A stretch of DNA of 64,000 nucleotides from Candidatus Obscuribacteraceae bacterium (lineage in GTDB: Bacteria; Cyanobacteriota; Vampirovibrionia; Obscuribacterales; Obscuribacteraceae). Positions 29,528 through 39,075 of the stretch are shown here, one piece after another; position 1 is the first letter of the stretch, and each line of letters begins with the position of its first letter. A model generated the notes under the pieces. That model was not told the DNA's origin. It searched no databases and saw only the letters and a program-made list of their open reading frames with translations. The stretch spans positions 1,011,435 through 1,075,434 of the forward strand of contig JBGAHS010000002.1 of the NCBI GenBank assembly GCA_044226015.1. Reading direction: 5' to 3'. The position numbers were made by a program, and so were the translations under genes.

Positions 29528-32425
29528 CTAGCTTTTTGCTCTCTTAGGATTCTGTTGATTGTTCGCTGACTCCGGCGTTGTCTGCTGGTGCTCCTCATGC
29601 TCCCTTTGCTGTAAGCGAGCTCGCTGACGACTATTAGGTTTTAGAGCTCTTACTCTCTCACGAATTCCATTTGCGATTTGCTCTGCGTTTGTCTTACCGT
29701 CACCCTGTTCAAGAAGCTCTTTAACAGGGACAGGCTCGCCGAATATAACAGTAATTTTTTCGAACTTCGGCCAGAACGCCCCTGGAGGAAGTGCCTCACG
29801 CGTTCCATCTAGATAGACAGGAACAACCTCTATTTCTTCAAACTTTTCAAGCAACATACCAATACCAGGTTTGAACGTGAGTAGTTTTCCATCTAATGTC
29901 CTTTCACCTTCAGGAAACCAAATCAAGCTTCGGCGTTTTTTTAACACAGCCGCTCCCAAGGCTAAACTCGAGATAAGTGATTTTTTCGCTTCAATTGGGA
30001 ATGCGTGCACCAGACGGCTCATGAATGTATTGAACGGATTGTGGAATGCGATACCGCTCCACGCTGCCACCTGAGCCTTCTTTAACATCCTGTGCGGAAG
30101 CGCAGAGCACAAAGCGAAGATATCGAGATAACTGGCATGATTAGGATTGAAGACATACTGCTTACTTTCATCAAGCTTTTCTAGCCCCACGGCACTCGAA
30201 TGAAAGAATGTACGCATCAAGCCCAGGTTGAAAGCAAATATTGAGTCAGCAAGAGACTGTTCCCAGCTGCTCAAAGGACTGAGCCAGTGCTTTTGTTCTT
30301 TACTAAGATACTTCTCCGGTTCTTCTAGCGGCGAAGCTTTGGCTTCGCTGCCCTGGTCTTTTGCTTCCACAACTTTTTGTATGAGATCTCTCACGCTACT
30401 GATAGAAGCAATTGCTTCATCGTCCAGCTCAACTCCGGTTGTCTCCGATAGCTCAAGGGAGAGATTTAGCCATTCGAAAGAATCAATATTCAAATCGAGC
30501 GCAGGACTGGTATCTAACCCGATTTCGTGATCTGGAAATCTTCCTTTCAACCAGGACATGACCTGCTCTGCGGCATTGTTTTCCATAAGCGCACTATCTT
30601 CAGCACTTAGCCGCGGCTCGCCTGATGCTCCAGACTTGCTGTTTTCCTTCACCTTGCCAGATTTAATGCCCTTATACTGTTCTTCAAGCTCTTTCCTCTT
30701 TAACTTGCCCAAATTTGTTTTAGGCAAGGGTTGCTTGGTGATAGCAAAACCACGCACGCGTTTGTATGAGGCTAACTTCGAAGACATAGAAGAAAGTGCT
30801 TCAGAGATTTTGTCTTGACTATCACTCGCTGATGCAGGCAGAACCAGAGCAACCAGCTTGTTATCAACCTGGAGAACTCCAATTTCTTTTATAGCAGGAT
30901 GTTCTCCATACACTTTTTCAATTTCATCTGGCTGAACTTTTTTGCCACCCTCCATCACTATTAATGACGATGCCCGTCCATTGATGTGCAGCTTTCCCTG
31001 AGCATCGAGGTGCCCAAGATCACCAGTTTTGAACCAACCATCACTAGTGAAGGCTTCAGCAGTTACTTCCTCTAAATTTAGATAACCAGAAAAGACGTTA
31101 GGTCCGCGAGCTTCAATTTCTCCTTCGTTGGAGCCAGATGATGATTCGTCAGCATCATTCTTGCTTGGATCAGGATAGTGAGTTATGCGAAGCTCGACTC
31201 CGTTTATTGGTTTGCCTGCGGTACTGAAATTAGTATCGTCAGGCAAACGCATTGTTAAAAGTGGTGCTGTCTCGGTAAGTCCATACCCCACTGCAATTCT
31301 CCATCCAAGCCCACTCAATTTATTTGCAAGCTCTTCCTCCAGCAAAGCACCTCCAGAGCAGAGCAACCGAAGACCAGGAGATAGCTCCTTATGGACTTTA
31401 GAGAACAGAGCTTTTCCGCAGTTCACGCCTGTTAAGCGTTGAATCACTCCGCTTGTACTCATTAAAGTATTAAAAGCAAATTTTGAAACTTTCGAATCAA
31501 GCTTGCCTTCAATTCCATTCAAGATAGATCGAAGCAGTCTTGGCACAGCGACAAGGACAGTAGCTTTACCCATCTTGAGGGCTCTCATCAACTCAGGACC
31601 CGTTACTGACTGCGGCAAAATTACAGGCAACCCCATCCTCAGTGGACCTAACAGTCCTACATTCAACGGGTACACATGAAAGAGGGGTAGCGGCAAAAGA
31701 ACACGATCCCTCTTCTCAAGAAGCTCAGATTCGGATATGGCAGAATCGAGCTGCATCATTATATTTGCATGAGTTAGAGGTACGCCTTTTGGCATACCAG
31801 TGGTGCCAGACGTGTAGAAGATGCAAGCAAGGTCGTCGGGAGCCAATTCCATTTCTTCGAGTTTTTCATCGGTATTAAGCAAATTTTTCCAGCTCTTTTT
31901 TTCACTCTCGAGATCAAGCCTGAATACACGAAATGGCTTGCGGTGAAAAAGTCTATGCAGAACCTCGTTTCCATTTGCATCAGTAAACACAAACTTTGGT
32001 TTGCTATCTGCAATGATGTGTTTGAGCACCTCTTCGCCTTGCTGTCCATCGACGGGAAGCGCCACTGCTCCGATATACACAGTTGCAAGGTATGCATAAA
32101 TCCATTCAGGCGAATTCGCCGCCATCAGCATGATGCGATCACCTTGCTTTATTCCGAGCTGCTGCATTCCGATAGCCAATCGTGTTGCGTTAAGAAACAG
32201 TTTTCCAAAAGTAACGGGCTCTGAACCGTCCTTTTTGAATTGCACAAGCGCAGTCTTTTTCTTATGATTTGAAAAATCATTAACAAGGCTTCGCAGCGTA
32301 CGCGCGTTTCTCCCTTTTTGCAATGGCAACACCTGATCAGAGCTACTACGTGCGATGACAGTGCCAACAACACTAGTATCGACACCTGAATTATTTGAAC
32401 TATTTTTTCTAGCTTGCATTGTCAT
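29528..32425 (-). CDS. AMP-dependent acyl ligase + acyl-carrier + PlsC acyltransferase fusion
   Basis: YTSGTTGMPKG, GYGLTET, FKTGDLG; carrier motif LNIDSF; NHASYLD and FPEGER. Confidence 0.88.
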   Translation of the reverse strand: MTMQARKNSSNNSGVDTSVVGTVIARSSSDQVLPLQKGRNARTLRSLVNDFSNHKKKTALVQFKKDGSEPVTFGKLFLNATRLAIGMQQLGIKQGDRIMLMAANSPEWIYAYLATVYIGAVALPVDGQQGEEVLKHIIADSKPKFVFTDANGNEVLHRLFHRKPFRVFRLDLESEKKSWKNLLNTDEKLEEMELAPDDLACIFYTSGTTGMPKGVPLTHANIMMQLDSAISESELLEKRDRVLLPLPLFHVYPLNVGLLGPLRMGLPVILPQSVTGPELMRALKMGKATVLVAVPRLLRSILNGIEGKLDSKVSKFAFNTLMSTSGVIQRLTGVNCGKALFSKVHKELSPGLRLLCSGGALLEEELANKLSGLGWRIAVGYGLTETAPLLTMRLPDDTNFSTAGKPINGVELRITHYPDPSKNDADESSSGSNEGEIEARGPNVFSGYLNLEEVTAEAFTSDGWFKTGDLGHLDAQGKLHINGRASSLIVMEGGKKVQPDEIEKVYGEHPAIKEIGVLQVDNKLVALVLPASASDSQDKISEALSSMSSKLASYKRVRGFAITKQPLPKTNLGKLKRKELEEQYKGIKSGKVKENSKSGASGEPRLSAEDSALMENNAAEQVMSWLKGRFPDHEIGLDTSPALDLNIDSFEWLNLSLELSETTGVELDDEAIASISSVRDLIQKVVEAKDQGSEAKASPLEEPEKYLSKEQKHWLSPLSSWEQSLADSIFAFNLGLMRTFFHSSAVGLEKLDESKQYVFNPNHASYLDIFALCSALPHRMLKKAQVAAWSGIAFHNPFNTFMSRLVHAFPIEAKKSLISSLALGAAVLKKRRSLIWFPEGERTLDGKLLTFKPGIGMLLEKFEEIEVVPVYLDGTREALPPGAFWPKFEKITVIFGEPVPVKELLEQGDGKTNAEQIANGIRERVRALKPNSRQRARLQQREHEEHQQTTPESANNQQNPKRAKS

Positions 32426-33495
32426 CTGGTTTGTCCTTCAGTGTCTGGATTGACTGACGTTCGTTCTAAGGCATAGGTGTTTTCCAACTTCGCCCTAATT
32501 TCTGGCATTAGCTTATCTGCGGCAGCCTCACCGGCGTGAATGCCCTTCCTTACGAGCCGAGCATCTTTGCAGAGTATTGGAATCTCATCACAATTTGGAT
32601 AGATCAATATGTCTGCACTCTGTGCTTGATGCTTGTCTGATGCTGCCAGCATTATGTCCGATACGCGCTTTATTACAGAGCGAATGGATTTCAGCTTTTC
32701 ATCAGGTTCAGGTCCGATCGCAGTGTCGACAGTGACAGCGATTACCAAATCGCTTTGCTTATCACTAGCTACTTTGACGGGAAGATTGGCCTTCAACCCA
32801 CCATCTACATAGAGCTTGCCATCAAATTTACGAGGCGCAAACACCGCAGGAATCGTATTACTAGCCATGACGGCCTCCGGCAATTTCCCCGAAGCCAGAA
32901 TTTCCGTTTGACCGTCAGTTAAGTTCGTAGCAACTGCAGCGAATGGAATTCTCAAATCTGAAAACTCATCAGGCAACTTAGACTTGAGCAACGCAAAATA
33001 TCGCTTGCCGCTAGAAAGCCCAGCACTCCGATCAGCAAGATGTAATTTAGACAGCAGTACACTAATGGGATGAATAAATGTTCCTCTCAAAAACAGATTC
33101 ACAGAACCAGCTTTTTGAATCTTCCCACTCGTGAATAGTTCTTCAATTTCTGACAAAGGAGTGCCGGCACAATACATAGCACCAATAAGCGCACCCATGC
33201 TCGTACCCACGACTCCATCAATTTTTATTCCATTTTTTTCAAGGCTTTTAAGCACTCCGATTTCACCAACAACCTTGCAGCCTCCGCCCCCCAGGCACAA
33301 AATAACGCGTTGATGCTTTTGCGGCAAACGCGAAAGGAAATCAACGTTCGGTCGAGCAGCTCGCGACAGGCTAGCATCGTCTCGGACAACACCCTGGTTC
33401 TGGGTTGGATGGTACTCCTCGGCAGCGGCAGCCCACAGCCAACCGTTGTTAGCCAGACTGAGAGAAACTGCCGCTACAAGAGCCAATCGCTTCAT
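32422..33495 (-). CDS. Patatin-like phospholipase with signal peptide
   Basis: LGGGG, GTSMG, DGG motifs. Confidence 0.9.
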   Translation of the reverse strand: MKRLALVAAVSLSLANNGWLWAAAAEEYHPTQNQGVVRDDASLSRAARPNVDFLSRLPQKHQRVILCLGGGGCKVVGEIGVLKSLEKNGIKIDGVVGTSMGALIGAMYCAGTPLSEIEELFTSGKIQKAGSVNLFLRGTFIHPISVLLSKLHLADRSAGLSSGKRYFALLKSKLPDEFSDLRIPFAAVATNLTDGQTEILASGKLPEAVMASNTIPAVFAPRKFDGKLYVDGGLKANLPVKVASDKQSDLVIAVTVDTAIGPEPDEKLKSIRSVIKRVSDIMLAASDKHQAQSADILIYPNCDEIPILCKDARLVRKGIHAGEAAADKLMPEIRAKLENTYALERTSVNPDTEGQTR

Positions 33496-33595
33496 AAAAC
33501 ACCTCAGGCAGACCTTTTACGATCAACTGAAATTAATTCGGTGACATCACGAGCTAACATTTTGAACTCCATTACATTCGCTTTTCGTCAGCTTA

Positions 33596-33620
33596 GACAG
33601 ACGCAAGCGGCTTTGGTTCC
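33596..33620 (-). promoter_or_regulatory. ECF-type promoter variant GGAAC-N16-TGTC
   Basis: One-mismatch motif, 100 nt upstream of ATG 33495. Confidence 0.55.
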
Positions 33621-33661
33621 CAATTGTAGATGTATGGCAAATTCGCAAAGCCATAGAACCG

Positions 33662-33686
33662 GGAACCTTTACAGCAAACCCTTGTC
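33662..33686 (+). promoter_or_regulatory. ECF-type promoter variant GGAAC-N16-TGTC
   Basis: One-mismatch motif upstream of hemerythrin operon. Confidence 0.65.
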
Positions 33687-33731
33687 CAACTAACAGATCA
33701 CTAATTCATGTATGGAGTCCATTTAACACTC

Positions 33732-34148
33732 ATGAACAAACCGACCGAATCCAACGAAAAAAGAGTGTTGTCGAAAGATCACAAAAAGCTCAGCAAGCTC
33801 TTAAACAAGTATGCTGATAGCAATAAGATCACTGATAGAGCCGGTTTAGCGCAATTCCTTGCTTCAGAGTTGCACTCACATCTGAAGTTGGAAGAAAAAA
33901 TGATATTCCCTGGGTTGTCACGGAACCCCGAGGGTGAGCGCGTAATAGGTGAAATGCTGCGGGATCATCACGCGATGATAATGATTATCGATGAATTGCT
34001 TGCGATTTGCACAACAAAAAACGATCTTGCATATCAGTCAAAATTGCAAGACTTGAGAGCTGGGCTCAGTGCCCACATTGAGGAATCAGAACACAACTTC
34101 TTGCCGCGCGCGACCGAATTAAAACTGAATAGACCACTTTCGCATTAG
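33732..34148 (+). CDS. Hemerythrin (HHE) domain protein
   Basis: DH..L, H...EE..IFP, DH, HIEESE; start 33708 or 33732. Confidence 0.75.
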   Translation: MNKPTESNEKRVLSKDHKKLSKLLNKYADSNKITDRAGLAQFLASELHSHLKLEEKMIFPGLSRNPEGERVIGEMLRDHHAMIMIIDELLAICTTKNDLAYQSKLQDLRAGLSAHIEESEHNFLPRATELKLNRPLSH

Positions 34149-34206
34149 CGGGTTTCTGTGCGCTTGAGTGAAAGCCGCTGCCTAAGCAGCTAGCAAAGGA
34201 GACATT

Positions 34207-34398
34207 ATGAAAGATAAAAATGATACGGCATTGGAAGACCAGGATAGCAAAAATAAAGATTCCAACAAACTCGAAAATGGCAAGCCCAAAGATCAAAAAC
34301 AAAATCAAAAAGATGAGTCATTGAAGCAGAAGGGCGAAATGGACAATTCGAAGAACAAGGAATGCGACACGGAAAAGAAAAAGTGTTGTGACAGCTAG
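34207..34398 (+). CDS. Small highly hydrophilic (hydrophilin-like) protein
   Basis: AAGGAG RBS; K/D/N/Q-rich. Confidence 0.6.
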   Translation: MKDKNDTALEDQDSKNKDSNKLENGKPKDQKQNQKDESLKQKGEMDNSKNKECDTEKKKCCDS

Positions 34399-34460
34399 GC
34401 ATCTAGTTGCGGGGTTGACTCTGTTAACCCCGCCTCTTCCCTTCACCTTAAGGGGCAATT

Positions 34461-34892
34461 ATGAAAATAAAAAGTGTAATGACCGTTGACCCAGTTTGCT
34501 GCTACGTTGAAGAAAGTCCAATGGAAGCAGCCCGGTTAATGGAACAATTCGATGTCGGGGTCATTCCGGTTACAGAGACCCAAGACAGCTTCAAATTAGT
34601 TGGGCTCGTGACCGATAGGGACATAGCACTCTCTGTGGTGGCAAGAGGCAAAGACCCCCAAACCACGACACTCAGCGAGTGCATGAGCAATCGCATCATT
34701 AGCTGCCATCCCAACGACGATGTCCAAGAAGTAATTTCATTAATGCGAGAACATCAAGTACGAAGAATACCTGTAGTGGACGAAGCTAATAATATTGCCG
34801 GCATGGTATCAATTGCCGATCTCGTCAATATAGAGGACGTCAATCCTCTTATGAAGGATATTTCCAAAGAAGAAAATGCCCCTCATGAGTAA
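34461..34892 (+). CDS. CBS-pair protein
   Basis: VMTVDP, VGVIPV, GLVTDRDI, QVRRIPVVD. Confidence 0.9.
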   Translation: MKIKSVMTVDPVCCYVEESPMEAARLMEQFDVGVIPVTETQDSFKLVGLVTDRDIALSVVARGKDPQTTTLSECMSNRIISCHPNDDVQEVISLMREHQVRRIPVVDEANNIAGMVSIADLVNIEDVNPLMKDISKEENAPHE

Positions 34893-34959
34893 GCGGCGCA
34901 GACGCAAGCTCATTCACACTTGACAAAAACAGTTCTTCCACACAAACAAGGAAAGTATT

Positions 34960-35433
34960 ATGGAAAATGTGTATTTGCTGGAGCTGATTGCGTGCATGGA
35001 GCGCGAAATTGAAGAGCACAATGCAGGTAAATATAGTGGATCTGAAATTCATAGTAACTGCAACGATCGGTTTCAATCTGCAATTGATAAACTAAAAAAT
35101 CAGTACTCGAAACAAGAATTTAATAGAGCGCCAAACTTGCAAGAGGAAGAATGTACTGATGCCTCCGCTAAACGAAAAGTAGTGCGGGGTGAAGAATCAG
35201 AAGGTGCATTGCTGCTTGAAAAATTAGCAAATGAACTCGACCGTCTTGGAATAACAGAGGAAGCGGAACTGGCAAGAGTTCACGCACGCGAATTGCTGGC
35301 TTCCCAGCTAAACGAATTTGATGGATTCAATTATGATGCCGAAGAAGAGAAAAAAGGACCTGCAGTTGTTGATTCAGTGCCCGCGGCTGCACAGCCAGAT
35401 GAATCACAGTACCGCATGGCGGATGGTCCCTAA
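34960..35433 (+). CDS. Hypothetical acidic protein
   Basis: 157-aa ORF with AAGGA RBS. Confidence 0.6.
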   Translation: MENVYLLELIACMEREIEEHNAGKYSGSEIHSNCNDRFQSAIDKLKNQYSKQEFNRAPNLQEEECTDASAKRKVVRGEESEGALLLEKLANELDRLGITEEAELARVHARELLASQLNEFDGFNYDAEEEKKGPAVVDSVPAAAQPDESQYRMADGP

Positions 35434-35452
35434 CACCGGTTTTTGACCTGCA

Positions 35453-35477
35453 GGAACCGCAGTCCAAATACTACGTC
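35453..35477 (+). promoter_or_regulatory. ECF-type promoter GGAAC-N16-CGTC
   Basis: Exact motif, 33 nt upstream of ATG 35511. Confidence 0.8.
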
Positions 35478-35510
35478 AACTGCATCATAAGTTTATTTTG
35501 AAATCTAAGA

Positions 35511-35744
35511 ATGAGGACCGATGCTATGCGTGGGCAAATATTTGACTTGATTGAATACCAGGACAAAGCAAGAGGCACGACAAGCCCCAGAGAATTGTTC
35601 AAGCTCTGGGATGAAGTTTGTAAATACTACGAACAAGGCAATATAGGGCTTTACGAATGGGATGAGATGAAGGAATCGATCTATCCTATGCTTCGCGAAT
35701 TAAACAAAATCAAACACATGATAAATGAAAAAAAAGCAGCATAG
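35511..35744 (+). CDS. Hypothetical small protein
   Basis: ORF preceded by motif promoter (start 35511 or a nearby downstream ATG). Confidence 0.65.
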   Translation: MRTDAMRGQIFDLIEYQDKARGTTSPRELFKLWDEVCKYYEQGNIGLYEWDEMKESIYPMLRELNKIKHMINEKKAA

Positions 35745-35804
35745 TCGACGAAACCCAAGGCGCTGGAGGCATCTACTTTTCCAGCGCTAACCTAAAGCAA
35801 ATTA

Positions 35805-35829
35805 GGAACTCTGCTCTAGTGACCCCGTC
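35805..35829 (+). promoter_or_regulatory. ECF-type promoter GGAAC-N16-CGTC
   Basis: Exact motif, 31 nt upstream of ATG 35861. Confidence 0.8.
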
Positions 35830-35860
35830 AAGACCCTCACCTAAGAAGGAGGTTATGCAC

Positions 35861-36121
35861 ATGAAAGACCTGATCAAAAAATTGTTCATAGCAGGCTCAG
35901 CCCTATCAATGATCGGTATTGTTAACATGCCAGGCGCGGAAGCAAGAGATCATTGGCGATACTATGAGCCAGGCGGATACCGAACCTATTACAATTTGCC
36001 GATGGGCAGTATCGTAGAAGTTCGCAGAGGCTATGGACCAGGCTTCTACCACAGAGGCAGATGGCACAGAGCATATTTCAACGATGGTCGTTGGGGCGTT
36101 AGAGAACGCATGTACTTCTAG
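35861..36121 (+). CDS. Small secreted Tyr/Gly/Arg-rich protein
   Basis: AAGGAGG RBS; signal peptide ending AEA. Confidence 0.7.
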   Translation: MKDLIKKLFIAGSALSMIGIVNMPGAEARDHWRYYEPGGYRTYYNLPMGSIVEVRRGYGPGFYHRGRWHRAYFNDGRWGVRERMYF

Positions 36122-36150
36122 ACGCTAAGCCAAATACTCTTAACCGAGAG

Positions 36151-36191
36151 AGAAGAAAAGCCCTCACTTTTTAAGCGAGGGCTCTTCTTCT
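36151..36191 (+). terminator. Intrinsic terminator
   Basis: AGAAGAAAAGCCCTC...GAGGGCTCTTCTTCT. Confidence 0.6.
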
Positions 36192-36244
36192 GGAACGTTA
36201 TTTTATATCTTGCTTCTATCCATCTAGAGAAGGAGAAATGAACG

Positions 36245-36514
36245 ATGTTACCTGATTTAGAACCACCGGTGCGACTGAGTCGCCCAACTCGACGTTTTCG
36301 CTTACGAAAAGACTATGGTGCGCTGATTGAAAAGTACGCTCTTTGTGGCGCCATAATGGGCATCCTCACAATGTTTGTGTTAATAATGACGAGCAGCAAA
36401 TACAGCATTATCGCTCAACTCGGCTTCTTTTACTCTCTTGCTTTGGGAGCTGTAATTGGATGCATGGTTTGCACTTTGCTCGGTTGCGTTGCGTCTGGAT
36501 TGAAAGCAGACTAA
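36245..36514 (+). CDS. Small two-TM membrane protein
   Basis: AAGGAG RBS; two hydrophobic segments. Confidence 0.65.
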   Translation: MLPDLEPPVRLSRPTRRFRLRKDYGALIEKYALCGAIMGILTMFVLIMTSSKYSIIAQLGFFYSLALGAVIGCMVCTLLGCVASGLKAD

Positions 36515-36615
36515 AGAGAAACAAACAGCATACCGATCCTTTTCCTAAGTGGGAACTAGTGATGTCGATTTGGTATCACTAGACCATCTGAAGAATAGAG
36601 AAGAGGAATCAAACA

Positions 36616-37419
36616 ATGAGACTCAGAAAAGCTTTAACCATGGGGCTCTGCGCACTCATGTCAGCGCCATTTATTTGCGCCGCAAGCAGTGCAGGAACAC
36701 TTACCGAAATATGGCCAGTGGCAATGATCAAGAGGGCCACTGTTGCAAAAACGCTAGGCAAGTACGAGCTCGTAGTGCTTATTGATTCTTCAGGGTCAAT
36801 GTCAAAAGCAGATTGCCCAGTGAATATTACTTCAGAACCTAGCGAAGCACAGAGAATTGAAACTGACCCTTCGCTTTTGAGCCGTTGGAAGTGGTCAGAG
36901 AAAGAACTTAAAAAGTTAGAAAAGGATCTAGGTGAGCATACTGGTCCACTCACAGTTCTGACCTTTAATGCTGCAAGCAAACAGCATAACGCAAATTCAT
37001 TGAAGAGCCTCAAGTCAGTTTTCGAGGAGACGAAACCGGGTGGGCAGACGGATACAACTGCTGCTGTAAGGAAGCAACTCGAAGCTTACATGACGCGAGC
37101 TAACTCTCCTGCCGCAAAACCACTTTACCTGGTGGTGATAAGCGATTGTGCACCGGACAACCCCGCCAGCCTCACAAGCACTGTGATTGATGCAAGCAAA
37201 AAGATCGGCAGCAAAAGCGATTCACACATTGCATTCCTGCAAATTGGAAATGATGACCGAGGCGAAAGGTTCTTACAGCGATTAACGCGCGACATTCGCA
37301 AACACAATGGCAACGAAGAATTCGTAAGTACGATGAACTATCGCAACCTTGTTCGAAAGGGGCTGGACATGGCTCTGGTAGAGCTTGCGCAAGCGGCTCC
37401 GAAAGAAGCCACTATGTAA
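36616..37419 (+). CDS. Secreted VWA-domain protein
   Basis: DSSGSM MIDAS, VISD, IAFLQIG; paralog of 8374..9546. Confidence 0.8.
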   Translation: MRLRKALTMGLCALMSAPFICAASSAGTLTEIWPVAMIKRATVAKTLGKYELVVLIDSSGSMSKADCPVNITSEPSEAQRIETDPSLLSRWKWSEKELKKLEKDLGEHTGPLTVLTFNAASKQHNANSLKSLKSVFEETKPGGQTDTTAAVRKQLEAYMTRANSPAAKPLYLVVISDCAPDNPASLTSTVIDASKKIGSKSDSHIAFLQIGNDDRGERFLQRLTRDIRKHNGNEEFVSTMNYRNLVRKGLDMALVELAQAAPKEATM

Positions 37420-37459
37420 TAAATCAATCTGGCAAAGATTAGAAAAATGGAGAACAATA

Positions 37460-38149
37460 ATGCAAGACAAAACTATGAACACTAGCGGTTCATCGCCTGT
37501 CCCAAATGACCAGGGTAAAGCCACTAAACCAAATTTCTCACTGGCAAAAAACAGGCTCGCTTCCAATCCTGGAACAGCACCGGAGACACTGGAAAAACTT
37601 GCCAAAAAGCCGGTAGCACATGTGGTTGAGAGAGTGGCAGAAAATCCACAAACGCCTCCAACGACTCTGGAGAAATTATCTACTCATGAATCTGCAGAAG
37701 TCAGAGGTGCCGTTTCTGAAAACGAAAACACTCCCGAGCAAACAATTAGTGAATTGGCCAAAGACAGCGACCCCGATGTGCGATTTCGAGTAGCCGAAAA
37801 TCCCAAAACACCTACTGAGCTTCTCCATAGCATGTTGGAGGATGAGAATCCGTTTGTCGCAGCACGAGCCAAAGATACACTCGAAGCCAGCCGAAGCTTG
37901 GTACACAGAGCTGATGACCTTTTTTTGAATGACAGGTTCGCGGAAGCGGAAGCCCTATACGACGAGCTAGTAACCAAGTTAGTTGAACTCTTGGGGGAAG
38001 ACCACAGAGAAGTGGCCCTGGCTCTGCATAAACTTGCCGCCACAAAAAAGGGACAGGGTAAGGCTGACGAAGCAGAGAGTATAGCGAACAAAGCGACTAT
38101 CATTTTGGGTGCCAACGAGGAAAGAATAACTCCTATGGCTTCTGAATAA
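37460..38149 (+). CDS. HEAT/LRV-repeat plus TPR protein
   Basis: Repeated A.NP.TP...L..LA.D..V; C-terminal TPR; GGAG RBS before 37460. Confidence 0.75.
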   Translation: MQDKTMNTSGSSPVPNDQGKATKPNFSLAKNRLASNPGTAPETLEKLAKKPVAHVVERVAENPQTPPTTLEKLSTHESAEVRGAVSENENTPEQTISELAKDSDPDVRFRVAENPKTPTELLHSMLEDENPFVAARAKDTLEASRSLVHRADDLFLNDRFAEAEALYDELVTKLVELLGEDHREVALALHKLAATKKGQGKADEAESIANKATIILGANEERITPMASE

Positions 38150-38160
38150 AGGAGGGTGAA

Positions 38161-38367
38161 GTGTCTACCGGTAACGACGATAAGCAAGATGCTAATGCAG
38201 TTCAAAACGGCTCTGCCAGCCCAGTCAAGTGTGCAAATCCAGAGTGTAAATGCAAAGCGTCAATTGGCGGCGACTCTTGCTGTCAGGTCTGTGCTCAACT
38301 TTCACGGGAAAGCGAAGACAGAGTCTGTGAATGCGGACATGCCGAATGTGGCGGTCCCTTAAGCTAA
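38161..38367 (+). CDS. Metallothionein-like Cys-rich protein
   Basis: GTG start with AGGAGG RBS; CANPECKC...CCQVC...CECGHAEC. Confidence 0.65.
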   Translation: MSTGNDDKQDANAVQNGSASPVKCANPECKCKASIGGDSCCQVCAQLSRESEDRVCECGHAECGGPLS

Positions 38368-38389
38368 GTGCAAACACAAAACATCAGAC

Positions 38390-38430
38390 AAGAGAAGAGG
38401 AAGGGTGTGAGCAGCTCTTCCTTTTCTCTT
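38390..38430 (+). terminator. Intrinsic terminator
   Basis: AAGAGAAGAGGAAG...CTTCCTTTTCTCTT. Confidence 0.55.
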
Positions 38431-38576
38431 GCAGATTCGTTGGGAGCAACTCTGTTGATTTACACACCTTGCAGTTCATGAGCTTTTCACGGCGCTTTCT
38501 TTAGACTTGTTTATCGCCTAATTATTTAAGCAGACCAACAATCGGTGGTCGTGGATACCGTAGCAGGAGCAGGAAG

Positions 38577-39029
38577 ATGAATCATCCCGATCTAAAAGCC
38601 AGCCAGGACAAAACCACGAAGACCGAAAAGTTTGATGGCAATCTAGCGCACGATACAGAGAATAATTCATCAAGAAAAGAGGACGATAGCAAAATCCCTG
38701 AACATGCAAAAAAGATTGGCATAGCGCTAGACTTTCCACGAACCTGGACTTTTGCCAATAATGAACAATTAGAAGAAGCAGCAAAAATCATAGAAGCGGA
38801 ATTACAACATAACCGAAAAACTGGCATTAAGATGGTTCGCGACTTGATCAAACAACATAAATGCGTTGAAGAGGCATACTCCATTCAAATGGCATTCAAC
38901 AAAGTAGCAACCGAAGACGAAAAATATGAATTATTCGAATGGATGACAAAAGACAGAGAAGCGAGAGCAGCTGATCCGCACAATTTTGCCTCAAACTTTT
39001 TAGACAGATTTAGCTTGATCCACAAATGA
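38577..39029 (+). CDS. Hypothetical protein
   Basis: 150-aa ORF with AGGAG RBS. Confidence 0.6.
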   Translation: MNHPDLKASQDKTTKTEKFDGNLAHDTENNSSRKEDDSKIPEHAKKIGIALDFPRTWTFANNEQLEEAAKIIEAELQHNRKTGIKMVRDLIKQHKCVEEAYSIQMAFNKVATEDEKYELFEWMTKDREARAADPHNFASNFLDRFSLIHK

Positions 39030-39075
39030 ATTCAAACAAAATCTGTCTGAAAGACTCGGATTTCCTCGCAAATCT

